The position numbers and the translations under genes were made by a program. Positions 55,599 to 64,000 of a DNA stretch of 64,000 nt are shown one piece after another. The notes below the pieces were generated by a model that was not told the DNA's origin, ran no database searches, and was given only the letters and a program-made list of their open reading frames with translations. Origin of the DNA: Diadema antillarum (lineage: Eukaryota); contig NW_027271462.1 of the NCBI RefSeq assembly GCF_040938485.1, forward strand, positions 1,922,001-1,986,000, in the 5' to 3' direction. Position 1 is the stretch's first letter, and every line of letters starts with the position of its first letter.

Positions 55599-55993
55599 CA
55601 GAGCTACCAAGTCTCACGCATTCTGCGTGAGACTCAAGCATTTAGGGGCCGTCTCACGATCTCACGCATGGCACCCATTTTTCTCACGCATCGGGCGAAG
55701 TCTGCAACTTGGGCCTATAATAATGAGCATAGGCCTAGCTCAAAATATTAAAATGATAGTTGCAATAGAAGGTATATTTTCCTTTTGTCTTTCAAAATAA
55801 GTAAAAATAGTCACTTAATTAGTATGCACCTGATCGCACCATTAAGATCTAAAAATTGAAAAAAGCTCCCTACCGTGGGAGGCCACAGGGGAGAAAACCC
55901 CTCCCACACCCTCGCTCGCGCGCACATTCGCCAGCCGAGATGCCGAGTCATGAAAATCTCACTCATAATTTTTTTTTGAACTTGACATCCTTG
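55599..55993. mobile_element. 395-bp MITE with 9-bp flanking direct repeat upstream of the P450
   Basis: ACATAATAT at 55590-55598 and 55994-56002; imperfect TIR CAGAGCTACCAAG / CTTGACATCCTTG. Confidence 0.65.
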
Positions 55994-56650
55994 ACATAAT
56001 ATTATATTCTGTACTTGTACCCTAAATATCCTTATCTGTTACACCATCGTTATAGTGATATGGCCTACGGGTACCGTAATGTATTTCATAGTCCTGCTGT
56101 ATGAGTTCCCAATGTGGCGCGTGTGCGTTATACCAAGGAGGTATACTGGTGGTCGAGCACCTCCGTAGGTTATATACCAGCACTCCCAGCAGAGATATCC
56201 ATGTTTGGATTGTAATACATACAAGCATACAGGCTAATGGTATCATTATCAGATTGATTATACACACAATTTAAATAATTAGTGTAGGTATATATATAGC
56301 TATCGAACTAACCTGCAGCTACGATCAAAACTGCTGTGTGACTCGCAGATCCGGAGCGGTGAACTTCGGTGTGATGAAGTTCCAGCAGACACCAGCGTGT
56401 GAAAAATCTCAGTACGCCTCACTGCAACTTCGACGTTAGGAATATGGGAACGTCTTCCTCGCAGACATTACCGTCCGAACGTTGCCTCATTTCTCGCTGC
56501 AGTGAATACAAGAGTGAATTATTACCCCATGCATTGTTCGACGTATACTCTTTCAGGCTCACCGCACACTAGCATAATACACCGCCAATAGCTAATTCAC
56601 CAGGCGCATTTTGTTGTCAATGAAAGAGAGGAAATGTGATATACGTGTAG

Positions 56651-56745
56651 TCTAGATACTGCGTCTTGTTCAGATGTTTCTAATTTCTTCCTATATGGAC
56701 TCCAGGGAGAGATTAGAAACATCTGAACAAGGCGCAGTATCTAGA
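56651..56745 (+). other. 95-nt hairpin: 42-bp stem, 11-nt loop
   Basis: 56651-56692 pairs with 56704-56745; the three deviations are U-G wobbles when read from the plus strand. Confidence 0.85.
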
Positions 56746-57397
56746 GAGTGGAGATCCCCCCCCCCCCCTAACACACACACGCACGCACACACGAAAATAT
56801 GCTCTAGAAGATATCCCTGTGGCCATTGACGACTATACCCTGGATATTGTTATAGGCCTACAGGGCCTACACTGTAAATCGCGTTCGTGTTCATGATACG
56901 GAAGATATAGATACACTATGAGTGTATACAATCATGTTGTTGTTATTTCAAGTTATATGATAAATTCATATACGCATACTACGTGCTTGTGAGACGTACA
57001 ATCACAACTGCCAAGAGATTTTCCACCCTGCCAGCACCATCAATATGACTTTCGATCCGTATGTTATGGAGTCCTACGTACATGATTTTATGTAATGATT
57101 GTCAATCAATGTTTGGGGGTCAAGTTAACAAAAATCACCAAATATTGATTTGGTAAACGAGGCTAAAATTTCATCACCAAGGGTTTGAAAAAAAAAAATC
57201 ACCAAATTTAATTTTTTTGTTGTTGTTGTTGTTACCGAGATCACTATCTGGCAACGCTGAACCGGAAGATGAGTGATCAAGAGGAGGAGGAGGAGGAGTG
57301 GGGGGGGGGGGGGGGAGAGCTAGGGATAGAGAGAGAGAAAAATGGGGGAGAAAATTTGTTGATCTAGTTCAAATGAAAAATATATGTATTTGTATTA

Positions 57398-57635
57398 TGA
57401 AGAGTTTGTTCGAAAAAACCGGTAAGTCCATATTTGCCAAATGGAGATATTTGCGATTAAAGGTCAAGAAAAATAAAGAGAATAATAAGAAAATTTTTGC
57501 TTCGTTTGACCATAACTTCTAAAATGTACCTTTATAATTATGTAGTGACCAATATATCATTTAAAAGGTATTATTTTGTACTTTATGAAAGAGACCGTAC
57601 TTCAAAATCTTCAAAAATGGACTTATCGGTTTTTG
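57398..57635. mobile_element. Second copy of the 6523-6761 MITE, cut by an assembly gap
   Basis: Shares TTGCGATTAAAGGTCAAGAAAAATAAAGAG and GAGACCGTACTTCAAAATCTTCAAAAATGGACTTATCGG. Confidence 0.85.
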
Positions 57636-57775
57636 NNNNNNNNNNNNNNNNNNNNNNNNNNNNNNNNNNNNNNNNNNNNNNNNNNNNNNNNNNNNNNNNN
57701 NNNNNNNNNNNNNNNNNNNNNNNNNNNNNNNNNNNNNNNNNNNNNNNNNNNNNNNNNNNNNNNNNNNNNNNNNNN
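57636..57775. other. Assembly gap, 140 N
   Basis: Run of N. Confidence 1.
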
Positions 57776-58264
57776 TCCTCTCAAGACGCCAAAGCAAGTG
57801 AGGTACGCCATGTACGCCTGAATATTATAAAAATAATAGATAGATATCAATAGTAAAAGCAGTCATATATAAACAAAAAGAAAAAACACCACAGGAGCCA
57901 AACAATATTAGACTGATGTTTCGGTCAAAGACCTTTATCCACGCTAGTTATAATTAGTCTGTATAGGAAAGAGTAAAATCTTACCGGCGGAAGAGTAGAA
58001 ATTTGATCAAAATCGGATAGTAGAAAGAATTATGGTATTGTGACGTTTCGCCAATTTCTTCAAAACAGTTCTCGTACAGTTGATATAAATCCCGGATAAA
58101 GTCTTTGACGTTGATAATGGCCTTTGACCGAAACGTCTGTCCATTTTTTTTTTTTATTCATTTATTCTTTTATTTTTTATTTTTTGCTCCTGCGGTGTTT
58201 TTATATGACTGTTTTTGCTCTTGGTATCTATTTATTACACACCGACGCAGAACTGTCATATTTT

Positions 58265-58451
58265 NNNNNNNNNNNNNNNNNNNNNNNNNNNNNNNNNNNN
58301 NNNNNNNNNNNNNNNNNNNNNNNNNNNNNNNNNNNNNNNNNNNNNNNNNNNNNNNNNNNNNNNNNNNNNNNNNNNNNNNNNNNNNNNNNNNNNNNNNNNN
58401 NNNNNNNNNNNNNNNNNNNNNNNNNNNNNNNNNNNNNNNNNNNNNNNNNNN
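58265..58451. other. Assembly gap, 187 N
   Basis: Run of N. Confidence 1.
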
Positions 58452-58701
58452 GCGCCATGTGTAGATCCAACAAGAAGGTTTTTATTCACAAAATTTTCAA
58501 CCCGCCTCAGGCCTTCGTCAGTGAATTCCAAGATGAACATTATAAACGGCAGACGTGGAATACACAAAAACAAGACCCCGTTACAATAGCAAACAACACG
58601 GGAGATATAGGCCTATAAGTCCCAAAATGTAGCTCAATGATCGATATGTACAGGGATATCATTAGAGGAGAGTTCCGCGCCAGTTATTAATTAGTCTGGA
58701 T

Positions 58702-60365
58702 CAAGGGCGTACCGAGGGGGGGTGTTTTGGGTGTTCAAACACCCCCCTTTGCCAAAAGGGGGGTGTTTAAGGTGTTCAAACACCCCCCTTGGGCAAGAGG
58801 GAGGTGTTTGAGCTATTCAACACCCCTCTTCAGCAATGCTTAGATGTTGACAAATGAAACAAAAGCTGTCTTTACCGCTTTTATTTCCGTTTTGAATTCC
58901 GCATTTCCTTTCTTTTGCGTTCATTTTTTTTCTCTCTCTCTTCCTTGTTTTAATGTTTGTGTGGATGATGATACATTATGGAGTTACATAATATCATACG
59001 CACTAAAGAACTCGTGTACAGTACGTGTTAATACTACGTTACTGCACCGCGCGCGAAGCTGACGCGCAAACAGAAAACCAAATCAAACAAGATAAAAACA
59101 AAACATGAATTCCATGTTTTGTAACGCTGAAATATACAAATTTTCGGCTCGCTCGCTGCGCCCGCTCGCCAAAATTTATCCAAAAAAAAAAAAGAAGAAC
59201 AAAACGTAATGATGACGTGGAAATATAAAAATTTCGGGTCACTCACTCGTAGTAATTTAGAGTATTTTTCCAAGTCCTTAGTTTGTTGGCATAAATCGTT
59301 ATCTATGAAGCCGTCACTATCCCATCTTGATTAGAATTGTAAGATTTAATAACCAAAAAATGACAAGAATTCCATGTGTTGTAAGGTGAAATACAAAAAT
59401 TGTCGGCTCGCTCGCTGCGCTCGCTCGCCAAAATTTATCAAAATTTATCAGATTTTATATCACCCTCAAAAAAAAAAAACCTTTTAAGTGCTCGAAAAAG
59501 CACATCAAGTGGACTTTTTTAAAGTCCCTACCGGGATGGGATTGGGGTTGAACACTGTTGGTATAAATCGTTATCTATAAGACCGTCACTATATCTTGAT
59601 TAGAATTGTCATTCGAAGATTTAATAACCAAAAATGACAAGAATTCCATGTTTTGTAAGCTGAAATACAAAAATTTTCGGCTCGCTCGCTGCACTCGCTC
59701 GCCAAAATTCTTCAATATCTATTACATTTAAAACACCCTCAAAAAGACCCCTTCTATAAGTACTTGAAAAAGCACATCATGTGGACTTTTTTTAAGTCCC
59801 TACCGGGATGGGGTTGGACACTGTTGGAACAAATCGTTATCTATAAGGCCGTCACTATGATTAGAATTGTAATTTGAAGATTTAATAACCAAAAATGACA
59901 AGAATTCCATGTTATGTATAAAGCTGAAATATAAAAATTTTCGGCTCGCTTGCTGCGCTCGCTCGCCAAAATATATCAAAATTTAGGGTTGCCTATTTAT
60001 ACATTTAAATCACCCTCAAAAGACCCCTCTTAAATTTATCAGATTTTATATCACCCTCAAAAAAAAAAACCTTTTAAGTGCTCGAAAAAGCATATCAAGT
60101 GGACTTTCGCTCGCATTTAATCGTTATGCCATTCTCCTGATGTTACTGCCTGCAACTGCCAGCAGTTGCACCCGGTGCGCCCCCTCCCCTTAATTTCTAA
60201 AGCGAAAAAATATAGCTGCCAACGGCAGTTTGGGGACTTAAAATGTCAAAATTTTCAAGCTCGCTCGCTTCGCTCGCTCGCATTTAATCGTTATGCCATT
60301 CTCCTGATGTTACTGCCAGCAACTGCCAGCAGTTGCACCCGGTGCAACCCCCTTAATTTCCAAAG

Positions 60366-60425
<60 letters not shown>

Positions 60426-61454
60426 CTACCTTATCAACATATATACATATATCATTATACATAGCTACAAACGGCAGTTTGGGGACTGTAAAATGTCAAA
60501 ATTTTCAAGCTCACTGGTCATACCTCCCCCAATCATGAACATAAACCGACACCCTTGACGACCAGTGGCGAAAAAAATGTGAAAAAAAAAAATGCGAAAA
60601 AAATGTATATATACATGTAGCCACAAACGACAGTTTTTGGACGGTAAAATGTCAAAATTTTAAAGCTCGCTCGCTTCCCTCGCTCGCATTTAACCGTTAT
60701 ATTCCATTCTCCTGATGTTACTGCCAGTAATTGCCAGCAGTTGCGCCCGGTGCGCCCCCGCCCCCCCCCCCCCCGAATTTCCAAAGCGAAAAAATATAGC
60801 TACAAACGGCAGTTTGGGGACTGTAAAAATGTCAAAATTTTCAAGATCGCTCGCTTCGCTCGCTCGCATTTAATCGTTATGCAATTCTCCTGATGTTGCT
60901 GTCAGTAATTGCCAGCAGTTGCGCCCGGTGCGCCCCCTCCCCTTAATTTCCAAAGCGAAAAAATATAGCTACAAACGGCAGTTTGGGGAATGTAAAATGT
61001 CAAAATTTTCAAGCTCGCTCGCTTTGCTCGCTCGCATTTTATCGTTATGCAATTCTCCTGATGTTGCTGTCAAATTGCCAGCAATTGCGCCCGGTGCGCC
61101 CCCTCCCCTTAATTTCTAAGGCGAAAAAATATAGCTATACAAACGGCAGTTTTGGGACTGTAAAATGTCAAAATTTTCAAGCTCGCTCGCTTCGCTCGCT
61201 CGCATTTAATCGTTATGCAATTCTCCTGATGTTGCTATCAGTAATTACCAGCAGTTGCGCCCGGTGCGCCCCCTCCCCTTAATTTCTAAAGCGAAAAAAT
61301 ATAGCTGCCAACGGCAGTTTGGGGACTTAGAATGTCAAAATTTTCAAGCTCGCTCGCTTCGCTCGCTCGCATTTAATCGTTATGCCATTCTCCTGATGTT
61401 ACTGCCAGCGACTGCCAGCAGTTGCACCCGGTGCAACCCCCTTAATGTCCAAAG

Positions 61455-61500
<46 letters not shown>

Positions 61501-62167
61501 TTATTATACATAGCTACAAACGGCAGTTTTGGGACTGTAAAATATCAACATTTTCAAGCTCGCTTGCTTCGCTCGGTCGCATTTAATCGTTATGCAATTC
61601 TCCTGATGTTGCTGTCAGTAATTGCCAGCAGTTGCGCCCGGTGCACCCCTCCCATTAATTTCTAAAGCGAAAAAATATAGCTACAAACGGCAGTTTGAGG
61701 ACTGTAAAATGTCAAAATTTTCAAGCTCGCTCGCTTCGTTCGCTCGCATTTAATCGTTATGCAATTCTCCTGATGTTGCTGTCAGCAATTGCCAGCAGTT
61801 GCGCCCGGTGCGCCCCCTCCCCTTAATTTCCAAAGCGAAAAAATATAGCTACAAAGGGCAGTTTTGGGACTGTAAAATGTCAAAATTTTTAAGCTCGCTC
61901 GCTTCGCTCGCTCGCATTTTATCGTTATGCAATTCTCCTGATGTTGCTGTCAGTAATTGCCAGCAGTTGCGCCCAGTGCGCCCCCTCCCCTTAATTTCTA
62001 AAGCAAAAAAAATATAGCTGCCAACGGCAGTTTGGGGACTTAAAATGTCAAAATTTTCAAGCTCGCTCGCTTCGCTCGCTCGCATTTAATCGTTATGCCA
62101 TTCTCCTGATGTTACTGCCAGCAACTGCCAGCAGTTGCACCCGGTGCAACCCCCTTAATTTCCAAAG

Positions 62168-62207
<40 letters not shown>

Positions 62208-62425
62208 TTATTATACATAGCTACAAACGGCAGTTTGGGGACTGTAAAATATCAAAATTTTCAAGCTCGCTCGCTCCGCTCGCTCGCATTTAATTGTACA
62301 ATTATGCAATTCTGATGTTGCTTCCGGCCATGAGGTGCGCCCCCCCCCCCCCCCCCCCCCCCAATGTCTTGACCCACGGTACGCCACTGAACACCCCCCT
62401 CTAAAAAATCCTGGGTACGCCTATG
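58702..62425. mobile_element. 3724-bp non-autonomous hAT-like element filled with tandem repeats
   Basis: TIR CAAGGGCGTACC ... GGTACGCCTATG, 8-bp TSD GTCTGGAT (58694-58701, 62426-62433). Confidence 0.85.
60105..62310. repeat. ~167-bp satellite, about 13 units, three carrying (TA)n
   Basis: GCTCGCTCGCTTCGCTCGCTCGCATTTAATCGTTATGCAATTCTCCTGATG recurs at mostly 166-170-bp spacing, 205-210 bp where a (TA)n tract is present. Confidence 0.95.
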
Positions 62426-63066
62426 GTCTGGATAGGAAAGAGTAAAATCTTACAGGCGCAAGAGTAGAAATTTGATCAAAATCGGATATAAGAATTTGGT
62501 AAGTTAAAATTGTGAAGATTTGCTAATTTCTTCAAAACAGTTCTCGTACAGTTGAAATGAATCCAGGATATGAATATGCAAATGAGTGAGCTGCCGATGC
62601 TATCACCTTCATTTCAGGTGATTATACAATTTGCCATACAGAAAAATTACGAAAATTCAAGTTTACTATGGCAAATTGTGAGGGGAGTCATCAAAAGTTC
62701 ATTTGCATATTCATGACTTGACTATATATATCTTGAAAGTTAGCGAAAACTTCACAAAAAGTTTCACAACTCCCTTAATTTTCATTCGACTTCGATCAAA
62801 CAGCAACTGTGGCTTTCACTGATTGTGCTTGTAAGATGTTGCTCTTTGTTTTTAAACTAACAACTTTGTCCTGGAATTTGGAAGAGGCTCCAGGCTCTCC
62901 CGCTCTAGTTCGAAGGGAGATCTCCCGCCAAAGCCCATTATTCCGCAAAACCCCCGTTCTCCTGTTCTTCCGTTATACTCTCCCGCCCTGGCTCTGATGT
63001 GTCTCCCGCTACCGGAGACCTAAACTAACATGATGGTTACATATCCACATTGTGCCTTGAACAGAT

Positions 63067-63244
63067 CGTATCCGGGCAATTAACCCCCCACATAGTGGTA
63101 ATGTGGTAAGGTTAGAGCAAAGATTAGGGTTAGGGTTAAGAGTTTTGGTAGGGTTATGATTAGGTTCAGGATTAGGATTAGGATTACGGCCAGGAGAAGG
63201 GTCCGGGGTAATTGCCAAGGGGTACTAGTAATTGCCCTAGACCC
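63067..63244. mobile_element. MITE with TTAGGG-like core and 8-bp TSD
   Basis: GAACAGAT at 63059-63066 and 63245-63252; GGGCAATT / AATTGCCC inverted ends; internal TTAGGG/TTAGGA runs. Confidence 0.75.
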
Positions 63245-64000
63245 GAACAGATATACGGGCCTTCCGTGCGATCATGTTGTTAAGTAATAGCCTCTTTTTC
63301 ATGCACTCGGCTGGCCTCTCTCTCTCTGCTTCAATAGCCCCATCAACGTTGAAGTTGTATCTCATACGTAGAGATCGCAATTGGTTGTGCAAGATAGGCC
63401 GTAGCGCGCGGAATAAACCATTAAAATGTTGTATTTAGAGGATTATCTTGAAAGTGAGTATGCTGTTTCAAAGTAGAACTGTTGTTTGTAGTGAATACAT
63501 ACATCTGAGGGTAACCTTGGCTTGTTCAGAGTTTACATTGATCGAAAATGCTTTTTATTCTTTATCTGTGTTGTGTATAAAGGAATGGTGTATCAAGTGC
63601 AAGTGATTTCCGGTCAATCATTTTCTACGCGAAAGTCGTGCATAACGTGGCTATAATGTAAGGAAATCGATACTGTGTTTCCGGTCATACTTTAAGTTTC
63701 GATGAATTTACAGTTATGTCTGTGGTTACATTCCTCACTGTTAAGACTCATGGTTAAGTTATGGTTTCGTCTCAGTATTACCATTTGTATTACTATTCGT
63801 TAAAACGTTTTGGTTTCAACTTACGAGCCGAACCGTCGGCGTCGTGATGTCTGTAGTCCCATATACTAAAGATCATGTTGTGTGTCCGTGTGTTGTGTAT
63901 AGTCTAGCGAGGTGCCCGCACCTCGCCAGGGCAGGGGCCCGAATACCGTAACCCCGCTTAAAATTGTTTTAAGCGCGCTAAACAAAAATTTATGCCCGGG

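Noticed and set aside
56022-56267. Two overlapping minus-strand ORFs upstream of the P450
   Set aside because: Short, no recognisable domain and no supporting splice structure.
57497-58618. ORFs containing X runs
   Set aside because: Artefacts of the two N gaps.
60166-62315. Repeated MRPVRPLPLISKAKKY ORFs
   Set aside because: Translations of the 167-bp satellite.

Overview
AT-rich, intron-containing animal genomic DNA; repeat style and gene content suggest an invertebrate deuterostome, possibly an echinoderm (inference). Five recognisable protein-coding genes were reconstructed by hand from splice sites and reading frame: the 5' part of TBC1D30 (minus, runs off the left edge), complete NEDD1 (plus, 13 coding exons), IMMP2L (plus, 5 exons), CHCHD3/MIC19-like (minus, 7 exons) and a CYP2-clan P450 (minus, 4 exons). 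The most notable observations are: a candidate unannotated three-exon micro-gene head-to-head with IMMP2L; a clear U12-type AT-AC intron in NEDD1; a 1368-bp near-perfect foldback element with a 5-bp target-site duplication; two multi-kb non-autonomous DNA transposons carrying internal satellite arrays; and a 42-bp hairpin stem whose only deviations are G-U wobbles. The rest is MITEs, one LINE fragment, microsatellites and two assembly gaps. No tRNA, rRNA or CRISPR array is supported. All calls are by eye; no database search was run.
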